Assembly (NCBI GenBank): GCA_944390735.1
Contig: CALXRL010000087.1
Span: forward strand, 3,031-67,030
DNA from: an uncultured Victivallales bacterium
GTDB taxonomy: Bacteria; Verrucomicrobiota; Lentisphaeria; Victivallales; UBA1829
Length of the DNA stretch: 64,000 bases
Reading direction: 5' to 3'
The position numbers and the translations under genes were made by a program. Below, one piece after another: positions 1-7,607 of this stretch. A model generated the notes under the pieces. It was given only the letters and a program-made list of their open reading frames with translations. It was not told the origin of the DNA and did not search any database. How positions within the stretch are numbered: position 1 is the first letter of the stretch; the number at the start of each line of letters is the position of its first letter.

Positions 1-304
1 AACGACCGGCCAGATCCTTCTCCACGGACCGCAGCGCAGCGGGAAATCTGGATGCATCGGAGCAGAGAACATGATTCGGCGCCCAGGAAAAGAGTTTGAA
101 CCAGAACAGCGACATCGCGGTCAGCACGCGCCCCTTGTCGGGGATGCCGTTCGGCATTACGCAATCGAATGCACTGATGCGGTCGGTCGCCACAAAAAGC
201 AGACTGTCGCCCATGTCATAAATATCGCGAACCTTTCCGCGGTGGACCGGCTTCATTCCCGGGATTTCCGTTTCGAGCAGAGCTCCGTTTGCATCATAGC
301 GCAT
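1..304 (-). CDS. purC: SAICAR synthetase (phosphoribosylaminoimidazole-succinocarboxamide synthase), N-terminal part, runs off the window
   Basis: Not in the ORF track because it is open at the window edge. My own minus-strand translation from ATG 304-302 gives [69 protein letters not shown]. It carries the PurC motifs [16 protein letters not shown] and IPxKG. Confidence 0.85.
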   Translation of the reverse strand, partial: MRYDANGALLETEIPGMKPVHRGKVRDIYDMGDSLLFVATDRISAFDCVMPNGIPDKGRVLTAMSLFWFKLFSWAPNHVLCSDASRFPAALRSVEKDLAGR

Positions 305-310
305 GGCAGA

Positions 311-619
311 TTACCCCACGGAAAGAATTTTGACTTTGGTGAGTTCCTGTCTGTGTCCTTTGCGCAGACGATAGCCTTTCCGGCGTTTGATCTTGAATGC
401 AATGAGTTTCGGTCCGCGGAAGTGTTCCACAATTTCCGCTTCCACCTTGGCGCCCGCCACGGTCGGCGTGCCGACATTCAAAGAAGCGCCTTCTCCGACT
501 GCGAGAACCTGGTCAAACACCACTTTGTCGCCGGCATTGCCCGCGATCCGTTCGATTGCGACAACCTCGTCATTCGTGACTTTGAGCTGCTTGCCGCCTG
601 TGCTTATGATTGCGTACAT
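311..619 (-). CDS. rplU: 50S ribosomal protein L21
   Basis: ORF 311..619. It has the typical L21 N-terminus MYAIISTGGKQLKV and the basic tail KRRKGYRLRKGHRQ. Confidence 0.95.
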   Translation of the reverse strand: MYAIISTGGKQLKVTNDEVVAIERIAGNAGDKVVFDQVLAVGEGASLNVGTPTVAGAKVEAEIVEHFRGPKLIAFKIKRRKGYRLRKGHRQELTKVKILSVG

Positions 620-656
620 GATAAAACTCCTCTTGTTTTACGTTACAGAGCTTATT

Positions 657-684
657 AATATAGCCGCTTATTTGCATTTCGCAA
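657..684 (-). promoter_or_regulatory. sigma70-type promoter candidate for rplU (TTGCGA-N16-TATATT on the minus strand)
   Basis: The plus strand reads aatata at 657-662 and tcgcaa at 679-684 with a 16-nt spacer. The site lies about 40 nt upstream of the rplU ATG. Confidence 0.45.
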
Positions 685-754
685 GTTCTTTTTTGATTAT
701 TTCTCCAGTCGGAGCAAAAAAGATTTCTTAATATGTATCCGGATCGGGGTTTTG

Positions 755-2170
755 TCAAGAAGGTCCGGAAGTTTTTCCGGATTTTCCCGCGCGGCCGGCG
801 GTTCCGCTTCTCCGTTCGGGTTTTGTCCGCTGTTCCCGGGCGTATTCCAGAAGCGCTTCGCGATTTGTGAGCGTCCCGTCCAGAAAGAGGTCGCGAAGTT
901 CCCCCAGCAGCAGTCCCAGTTCGACGCCCGGACGGAATCCCAGACGGATCAGATCGTTCCCGTTCACCGGAAGCGGAGGAACCGCCGGTCTGTTTTCCAG
1001 GGCTGTCCATCGGTCCAGCATTTGCAGATATCCGTCCATTTTGCCGTGACAGGAGGCGCAGTCGATGCGGTTCAGTTCCATTTCCGTCGGAAAGGTCGGA
1101 GCGGCGATCATTTTCAGCCAGGTGGAGCGCTTCATCCTGTCCACGAACGCAAAACGCATGTGTCCGGCAACGCACCGTTCCACTGCCGAAATCAGCGCGG
1201 CGGGACACTTCAGGCGCTTCAGAATCGCCACGGACATTTCCGCTCCGGTTTTTTCGTGTCCGTAAAAATGAATTTTTCCGTCCCGGCCGACCGCGAACGT
1301 CGCCTTTTTCCCGACGTCGTGCAGCAGAACGCTCCACGCAAGCTCCTTTGTCGGATGGCACATCCGCTCCAGCATCCGCATGGTGTGGATGAACACATCG
1401 CCCTCGGGATGGTGTTCCGGCTGCTGTTCCACTCCTTCGAGTGCGGCGACTTCCGGAAGCACGATCCGCAGGATTCCGGTCCTCTGCATCAGACGGAACG
1501 CCTCCGCCGGACGGGGGCCGAGAAGCATTTTCTCCAGTTCATCGCGAATCCGTTCCGCGGAGAGGCGGATCAGATTCGGCGCGAACTGCGTCATCGCCCG
1601 CTGTGTCTGTTCCTCCAGTTCGAAGCCGAAACGCGCGGAGAAACGGGCTGCGCGCAGAATGCGGAGATAGTCCTCCGAAAAACGGCGTCCGGGATCGCCG
1701 ATGGTCCGGAGAATGCCGCGGTGAAGATCCTCCACTCCTCCGACGAAATCCAGCATCTCCTCCTCCAGCGGATCGTAGAGAAGACCGTTGATCGTGAAGT
1801 CGCGCCTCGCCACATCCTTCTGTTCGTCGTCGGTGTAGAAGACCTGTTCGGGGCGGCGCCCGTCGAGATAGTCCCGCTCCTCACGGAGAGTCGCCGTTTC
1901 AAACGAAAATCCGTCCTGGAGAATGGTCACGACGCCGAAGGAGGCGCCGATCGCGCAGGTGTGGTCGAACCAGGAGGCGATTTCCCCGGGCAGGGCGGAG
2001 GTGGCAATGTCGATGTCGTGCGGCGTTTTGCCCAGAAGCATGTCGCGCGCGGCTCCGCCGGCAAAGAACGCCTTTTCCCCGTGCTGCCGGAGGCGTTCCG
2101 TCACTTTGAGTGCGGCGGAAAACATCGGGGAAGGGGGCTCCGGACGGGCAAATTTCAATTTTAACGCCAT
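755..2170 (-). CDS. cca: CCA-adding tRNA nucleotidyltransferase / poly(A) polymerase family protein with HD domain
   Basis: ORF 755..2239 trimmed to MALKLKF (ATG 2170). It has the nucleotidyltransferase motif FFAGGAARDMLLGKTPHDIDIAT and the HD motif LLHDVGK. Confidence 0.85.
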   Translation of the reverse strand: MALKLKFARPEPPSPMFSAALKVTERLRQHGEKAFFAGGAARDMLLGKTPHDIDIATSALPGEIASWFDHTCAIGASFGVVTILQDGFSFETATLREERDYLDGRRPEQVFYTDDEQKDVARRDFTINGLLYDPLEEEMLDFVGGVEDLHRGILRTIGDPGRRFSEDYLRILRAARFSARFGFELEEQTQRAMTQFAPNLIRLSAERIRDELEKMLLGPRPAEAFRLMQRTGILRIVLPEVAALEGVEQQPEHHPEGDVFIHTMRMLERMCHPTKELAWSVLLHDVGKKATFAVGRDGKIHFYGHEKTGAEMSVAILKRLKCPAALISAVERCVAGHMRFAFVDRMKRSTWLKMIAAPTFPTEMELNRIDCASCHGKMDGYLQMLDRWTALENRPAVPPLPVNGNDLIRLGFRPGVELGLLLGELRDLFLDGTLTNREALLEYAREQRTKPERRSGTAGRAGKSGKTSGPS

Positions 2171-2259
2171 ATTTTTTCTCTTTCCACTTGTTAAAAGCCA
2201 GAAGACAAGGTAAAATACCACCGGAAGAACTGTTTGCAAAAAAGGAAGCCGGATTTCAG

Positions 2260-2871
2260 ATGAAAAAAGCGTTTTACGGGGGGACTTTCGATCCGCCGCA
2301 TTCGGGACACATCCATCTGGGGCGCGCGGTTCTGGAAAACGGATATGCGCAGGAGGTGATGTTCGTTCCGGCGTGGCTTCCTCCGCACAAGCAGAAGCTG
2401 GAAATCGCGCCGTATGAAGACCGGCTGGCCATGCTGAGAATCGCCGTGGGGGAGGAGCGGCGGTTCACGGTTTCGGAGATCGAACGGGAACGCGGCGGAA
2501 TTTCATATACGATTGACACGCTGCATCTGCTTGCGCGACGCTTCCCCGGGGATGAATTTCTGCTGCTGATCGGCGCGGACAGCCTTCTTCAGCTGCACCG
2601 GTGGCACCGGGGACGCGAACTGGCGGCGGATTTCCAGGTGCTCTGCTATCCGCGGCCCGGCGAGTCGGTGACGCTGGAACGGCTGCTCGCCCGCGGCTGG
2701 AACCGGGCCGAGGCGGAGAAACTCCGCAATTGCGTTATGGAAAATCTCCCCGAGTTCGAAGTTTCATCCTCCGCGATTCGCGAGATGCTGAAGCGCGGGG
2801 AGGAGCCTTCCGGCCTGCTGGACCGGAAGGTCTGGGAATATATTAAAACAAGGAGACTGTATGAGTCCTGA
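2260..2871 (+). CDS. nadD: nicotinate-nucleotide adenylyltransferase
   Basis: ORF 2110..2871 trimmed to ATG 2260. The N-terminus MKKAFYGGTFDPPHSGHIHL contains the HxGH motif. The ISSSAIR-like motif SSSAIREML is present near the C-terminus. Confidence 0.9.
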   Translation: MKKAFYGGTFDPPHSGHIHLGRAVLENGYAQEVMFVPAWLPPHKQKLEIAPYEDRLAMLRIAVGEERRFTVSEIERERGGISYTIDTLHLLARRFPGDEFLLLIGADSLLQLHRWHRGRELAADFQVLCYPRPGESVTLERLLARGWNRAEAEKLRNCVMENLPEFEVSSSAIREMLKRGEEPSGLLDRKVWEYIKTRRLYES

Positions 2872-3298
2872 AGAATCGGAAAAGATGGGAACGGAAAAGA
2901 TGACCGGCGTGAAGCCCTCGGCCGTGGAACTGGCGGAGGCCTGCGCGGCAATCGCATATGACCGGAAAGCGCAGGAGATTATCCGGATGGACATGTCGGA
3001 ACTTTCCGCCGTGGCGGAACAGTTCATCCTCTGCACGGGAACGTCGGATCCGCATCTGCGGGCGATTACGGAGCGGATCTGCCGGGACATCCGGGAGAAA
3101 TACGGCCTGCGCGGCCGCGTCGACGGTTCGCCGGAAAGCCATTGGATGATTGTCGATTTCGGCAATGTCATGGTGCATGTCTTCACGAAGGAGGCGCGTG
3201 AACTCTATCAGCTGGAAACCCTCTGGAAGGATGCGCCGAAGGTCGAGGCGATCCGGAAACTTGAGGCGAAGATCGTCGCTTCGCGTCTGCGCAGCTGA
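2861..3298 (+). CDS. rsfS: ribosome silencing factor RsfS (iojap family)
   Basis: The signature is FILCTGTSDPHLRAI...WMIVDFGNVMVHVFTKEARELYQLETLW. It overlaps nadD by 11 nt. Confidence 0.9.
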   Translation: MSPEESEKMGTEKMTGVKPSAVELAEACAAIAYDRKAQEIIRMDMSELSAVAEQFILCTGTSDPHLRAITERICRDIREKYGLRGRVDGSPESHWMIVDFGNVMVHVFTKEARELYQLETLWKDAPKVEAIRKLEAKIVASRLRS

Positions 3299-3311
3299 AA
3301 AGGCGGTCCGC

Positions 3312-3965
3312 ATGCCTCAGAATCCGGACAAGGAAAAATGGAACGAGTTCGACTGGGAACTGGAACTGCGCAAGGACGACGCACGCGTCAACACCTACGC
3401 CAACGATCTGCCGAAATTCATTGATCTGCCCGACGAGGACGGCGTCATCATGAAACGGATGCAGAAGCGTCCCGAACTGGCTCCCGCGGGCGGCGACTGG
3501 AGCAAACTGGGGCCCGTTCCCTACGACTCCGGCGAGGATGACGGCGAGGAGGATGAGGAGGCGCCTCCGGAAAATGAAGTCGACTGGAGAACCGCTCCCG
3601 GTGCCGTCGTCTACTGCGAAAGCGCCCGGATGGCCCGCGACTGGGCCGCCTTTTACGCGTGCTGCCGTACACCTGAACTGCTGATCCCCACCATGACGGT
3701 GCTTTGTCTTTACGGCAAGCTGATGGCGCGGTCGGGCGATATTATCGACATGTCGCTGGATGAGGAGTCGCCTCCGCAGTCGCGGCCGTTGAAAATCGCC
3801 CTCTGCAAGCGCCTCCTTTCGGACGTCAATGCGCTGATGGGACACTTCATGAAGATCCGTCGCGATTTCCCCCTGCACGCGGCCAAATGCCAGGAGCACG
3901 AAGCCGTGCTCGGACAGCTGCATGACAATCTGCTGGATGTAATGGGAGAGCTGCGGAAGGGGTGA
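3312..3965 (+). CDS. hypothetical protein with an acidic central stretch
   Basis: ORF 3150..3965 trimmed to ATG 3312, just after the rsfS stop. It contains DSGEDDGEEDEEAPPENE. I recognise no family. Confidence 0.6.
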   Translation: MPQNPDKEKWNEFDWELELRKDDARVNTYANDLPKFIDLPDEDGVIMKRMQKRPELAPAGGDWSKLGPVPYDSGEDDGEEDEEAPPENEVDWRTAPGAVVYCESARMARDWAAFYACCRTPELLIPTMTVLCLYGKLMARSGDIIDMSLDEESPPQSRPLKIALCKRLLSDVNALMGHFMKIRRDFPLHAAKCQEHEAVLGQLHDNLLDVMGELRKG

Positions 3966-4005
3966 GGCCGCTTTTCTCTCTCCCGGTTTTCCCGGAAAGG
4001 ATGAT

Positions 4006-4821
4006 ATGTTTCGAATCGTGCATTTTTCGGATCTTCACGCGGCCGCTCCCATGCGGACGCTCAGCGGCTTTTTCGACAAGCGGATCATCGGAGCGGCCAA
4101 TTCCCGTTTTGCCCGGCGGAAAGTGCATGATCCGCGCTTTATCACACTGGCCGTGCGGCGGATTTTAGAGGATCCGCCGGATGTGATCGTCTTTTCAGGC
4201 GACGCCGCCAGCTGCGGACAGCCTTCGGAATTCGACCTGGCGTACCAGGCGCTCAAACCGCTGGTGGATTCCGGCATTCCGCTGATCTACACGCCGGGGA
4301 ATCACGATCTGTATGTGAAAAACCGGCTCTGCCGCGCCGCCTGCGCGCAATTCACGGAGAGTGTGACAGGCGGACGGATGCGTCTCGACGCTTATCCCTG
4401 TGCGATGACTCTGGGTCCGCTCCGCTTTCTGGTGTTCAACGGGGCCCGGCCGACGAATCCGGTTCTCTCCTGCGGATTTCTGGGCGAACCCGCCCGCCGC
4501 ATGATTCAGACGGAGTGCGCGGAAAAGCGTCTGCCGATTGTCGCGGTCTGTCATTTCCCCTTCTGCCGCATTCGCCGGGGGTTGGTGAACGGCATGAGAC
4601 ACCGTCTCTTCGGCGCGAAGGAGGCCGCGCACGCGATCCGCGAAAAACAGATTGATCTTGCGTTGTGCGGTCATATTCATGTGCCGTTCTTCGATCTGGA
4701 CGGCAGCGGTCGCGGGGAGACCTCCTGCGGTTCCCTCACGCGGTATGGCGCATATTCGCTGATCGAATATTCCGGCGGCGCGTTCGTCCATCGTCGCGTG
4801 AAACTGGAACTTCCTTCGTGA
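4006..4821 (+). CDS. metallophosphoesterase (calcineurin-like)
   Basis: The motifs HFSDLH, GDAAS, GNHD and CGHIH appear in the canonical order. Confidence 0.8.
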   Translation: MFRIVHFSDLHAAAPMRTLSGFFDKRIIGAANSRFARRKVHDPRFITLAVRRILEDPPDVIVFSGDAASCGQPSEFDLAYQALKPLVDSGIPLIYTPGNHDLYVKNRLCRAACAQFTESVTGGRMRLDAYPCAMTLGPLRFLVFNGARPTNPVLSCGFLGEPARRMIQTECAEKRLPIVAVCHFPFCRIRRGLVNGMRHRLFGAKEAAHAIREKQIDLALCGHIHVPFFDLDGSGRGETSCGSLTRYGAYSLIEYSGGAFVHRRVKLELPS

Positions 4822-4860
4822 AATCCCCCTTTTGTCCCGTGATTCCTGCGGGATCCCGCT

Positions 4861-4896
4861 AAAAAAAACGGATCTCCGTTTCGAGACGGAGATCCG
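4861..4896 (-). terminator. rho-independent terminator of the Gfo/Idh/MocA gene
   Basis: There is a perfect 11-bp stem, cggatctccgt (4869-4879) pairing with acggagatccg (4886-4896), with a 6-nt loop. A8 at 4861-4868 reads as a U8 tail on the minus strand. Confidence 0.8.
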
Positions 4897-4927
4897 CTGA
4901 CGTTCTGTCGCTTCCGAAAGGAAGAAG

Positions 4928-6049
4928 TTACTTGATGATAACTTCCTTGCCCGCGGCGGCCGCGTCATAGACGCCGTTGAGAATCTTCTGAACCGCGAGA
5001 CCGGCTTCGCCGGAGGCGCGCAGAGGAGTTCCTTTGAGGCATCCGTCGACCCAGTTCTGCAGTTTGGTGATGAAGAGGTGGGTCCAGTCGCCCTGGGGGA
5101 GGAATCCCGGGACTTCGTTGATCATGGTTCCGGCGCAGTCGCGATAGATTTCCGCGGGGGACCAGGATCCGCCGCCCTTGTCGCCCATGAAGGTGAAGTT
5201 CCAGACATCTTCCTTGATGTGTGCGGCGAAGGAGGATTCAATCTGCATGATTGCGCCGTTGTCGAAGCGGATCTGGGCGATGGCGAGGTCTTCGACGGTG
5301 TAGGTTTTGTAATCCCAGTTCGGCCACATGGAAACGACTTCGGATTTTTTATCTCCGATGTAGGTCCAGATGTTGCCCGTTGCCGCGACAGGTTTCGGGG
5401 ATCCCATGAAGTAGTGTGCCGCCTCGATGATGTGCACGCCGATATCGATCATGGGGCCTCCGCCCTGAAGAGCCTTCTGACCGAAGACGCCCCAGTTGGG
5501 GATTCCGCGTCTGCGGAGGGCGCGGCATTTGACGAACATGATGTTTCCGAACTGTCCGTCATCGCGTGCGCGGGTGAGGAATTCCGTGTTGCTATGATAT
5601 CTCTGCTGGAATCCGACGGCAAGTTTGCGTTTGTTTTTCTTGGCGGCCTTGACCATTTCCTCGCACTCTTTGACGTTCATGCCCATCGGTTTTTCGGTGA
5701 TGGCATGGCAGCCTGCGTTAAGGGCGTCGATGACGGCGGGAGCGTGGACTCCGTTCGGGGTGCAGACGTCGACGGCGTCGGGTTTGATTTTTTTCAGCAT
5801 GACTTTCCAGTCTTTGAAGAGCGCCTTTTTGGGAAGTCCCCATTTGGTTTCCATCACATCAAGACGTTCCTGAAGGATATCGACACCTGCGACGATTTCC
5901 ACTTCCGGGATGCTTTTGTAGGCTTCCATGTGGGTCTGGCAGATTCCGCCGCAGCCGATGATCGCCACGCGGAGTTTTTTGCCTTTGTACTCACTTTTTT
6001 TGCTGTCCATCGCGAGGGACTGCGTGCCAACACTTTTATCAAGCGCCAT
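4928..6049 (-). CDS. Gfo/Idh/MocA family NAD(P)-dependent oxidoreductase
   Basis: ORF 4928..6388 trimmed to MALDKS (ATG 6049). It has the Rossmann motif KLRVAIIGCGGICQTH and the EKP motif HAITEKPM. Confidence 0.9.
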   Translation of the reverse strand: MALDKSVGTQSLAMDSKKSEYKGKKLRVAIIGCGGICQTHMEAYKSIPEVEIVAGVDILQERLDVMETKWGLPKKALFKDWKVMLKKIKPDAVDVCTPNGVHAPAVIDALNAGCHAITEKPMGMNVKECEEMVKAAKKNKRKLAVGFQQRYHSNTEFLTRARDDGQFGNIMFVKCRALRRRGIPNWGVFGQKALQGGGPMIDIGVHIIEAAHYFMGSPKPVAATGNIWTYIGDKKSEVVSMWPNWDYKTYTVEDLAIAQIRFDNGAIMQIESSFAAHIKEDVWNFTFMGDKGGGSWSPAEIYRDCAGTMINEVPGFLPQGDWTHLFITKLQNWVDGCLKGTPLRASGEAGLAVQKILNGVYDAAAAGKEVIIK

Positions 6050-6076
6050 CTGGAATTCTCCTTTTTTTATGATTTC

Positions 6077-6164
6077 TTTCCGGCGAGAATTTTTTGTGTA
6101 ATAAAAAAATAATGTCGAAGTGTGAAAATGCAATCGTTTCCGGCATTTTTTTTGTGTAAAAAGT
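6077..6164. repeat. two ~28-nt direct repeats upstream of the oxidoreductase gene
   Basis: The two copies are tttccggcgagaattttttgtgtaataaaa (6077-6106) and tttccggcattttttttgtgtaaaaa (6137-6162). Their starts are spaced 60 nt apart. Confidence 0.6.
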
Positions 6165-6860
6165 ATACAAAATGTGATTGTTTTCCGGGAAACGGGACGT
6201 TGGAGGAATTTCCGCTGGAAGTTTCGGGGGACGTTTCCGCTTTTCGGAGGGAAAGGTCCGTGGAATTTTTTTCTGTTTCCTTTCGGGAGGAATGAGCGGA
6301 GATGTTGTCTTCCGGAACTTCCGAATGAACCCGGACTCTGGAGTGCGGAGCCGCTTCTTCTGAGCGGCTGTGATCGAATTCTACTCATGGGAGTGACGCA
6401 GCCCTTTCAGACAGCCGTTTTCCGGAATTGAAAAGAGAAAGAGCCGGATGCGCTTCCTTCCCCCTGATTCGAACAGGCCGGAGAAAGATCCTCCGCAAAA
6501 AGTGAGGCCGGCCAGGATGCTGATAGGAATGCCTGTTGCAGATCCGGATCGGGGAGCGGAGAAAGGTGTCAGACTTCATGATAACGAAAATTCAGATGGA
6601 TAAAATTTTTCGTTGTGATGTCCTCCTGTAATTTTTGATTGATTTCTCTTTCATGCACTGCGGACGGAGATTCGGAGCATGGTGGAGGAAATCCTTCGGA
6701 ATCATCGTTCCGCGCCTCGTCCTTCGGAGAAATGAACAGGCAGTCTTCTGCCGTTGAATTCGGAAACACCTATGAATTTTTCTTTCACGGCGGAACGCTG
6801 ATGGTCGGGATTTGAATCTCCGTCCCCGGGGAATGCGCGGCTGTTCCTTCCCCTCCCGCG

Positions 6861-7607
6861 TCATTCCGGGGAATCGGAGATCAGCTTCGAGATCCGTTCC
6901 GCGGTCGACCGGCAGTTCCGGATCGGAAGCTCCGGATCCGCCTGACGCGTCAGATCCGAAATCGTTCCGAGGGCCGCAATCACATGACCGTTCTGGAAAA
7001 TCGGCGCCGCACACGTTACGCGCCGATGGACAGGATCGGGAAAGGCTCCCCAGCCCTGATCCCGATAGCGCTTCAGTTTCTTCAGAAAGGTGCGGAAATC
7101 CGGTTCGGAAAGAAAGTTGTTCTCTCCGTTGCGGATTTCCCACAGGCGCCGAATGCGACTCTCCTCCATCCGGGAGAGGAGGATGATCCCCGTCGAACAG
7201 CGGAAGAGATTCAGAACAAGCGCATTCGGATTCCGGTCCCTGACCTGGATGATCGTCGTGTCGCTGATGCAGAAGAGCTCCCGGCGGCAGCCGCCGTCTT
7301 CGCAGACCAGAATGACAAAATTCGTGTTCTGCTGAGCCAGAAGCTCCAGTTCCGGTCGGGCCGCGTCCATCAGATACCGGTACGGATTTGCCGCAAACAG
7401 GAAAAAGGCTGTCGGACCCGGCAGATATCCCCGGCGCTTGCCCAGACTCCGAAGATAGCCGAGCTCCGTCATCGTCCGGACAATATTGGCACAGGCCGGA
7501 CCCGAGATGCCCGCCTCCTCCGCCAGCTCCCCGAGGGACCGTGCCCGGTCCGGCTGTTCGGAGAAACTGCGGAGAATCCGGTCAAAGCGTTCAATCACCT
7601 GAATCAT
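6861..7607 (-). CDS. IclR family transcriptional regulator (KdgR-like by context)
   Basis: The N-terminal wHTH is SLGELAEEAGISGPACANIVRTMTELGYL. The length of 248 aa and the C-terminal effector-domain layout are typical of IclR. Confidence 0.88.
   Translation of the reverse strand: MIQVIERFDRILRSFSEQPDRARSLGELAEEAGISGPACANIVRTMTELGYLRSLGKRRGYLPGPTAFFLFAANPYRYLMDAARPELELLAQQNTNFVILVCEDGGCRRELFCISDTTIIQVRDRNPNALVLNLFRCSTGIILLSRMEESRIRRLWEIRNGENNFLSEPDFRTFLKKLKRYRDQGWGAFPDPVHRRVTCAAPIFQNGHVIAALGTISDLTRQADPELPIRNCRSTAERISKLISDSPE

Noticed and set aside
570-1361. 263-aa minus-strand ORF overlapping cca in another frame
   Set aside because: Its composition is extremely Arg/Ser/Gly-rich. The cca frame carries the nucleotidyltransferase and HD motifs.
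6247-6335. RNase P RNA-like strings (gagggaaaggtccg and gaacccggac)
   Set aside because: Both differ from the conserved P4 sequences by insertions. They lie only about 75 nt apart instead of about 300 nt, so no RNase P architecture is possible.
6455-6480. tRNA/tmRNA-like T-arm on the minus strand (CCTG-TTCGAAT-CAGG)
   Set aside because: The flanks provide no matching acceptor stem, D-arm or anticodon arm, and the T-stem has only 4 clean pairs. It is probably a chance match.
6592-7143. 183-aa minus-strand ORF, plus small ORFs at 6174..6431, 6385..6579 and 6569..6769 in the ORF-poor region
   Set aside because: Their translations are highly basic or low-complexity. One overlaps the 3' end of the IclR gene. 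None has an RBS or motifs. The region is reported as a finding instead of being given gene calls.
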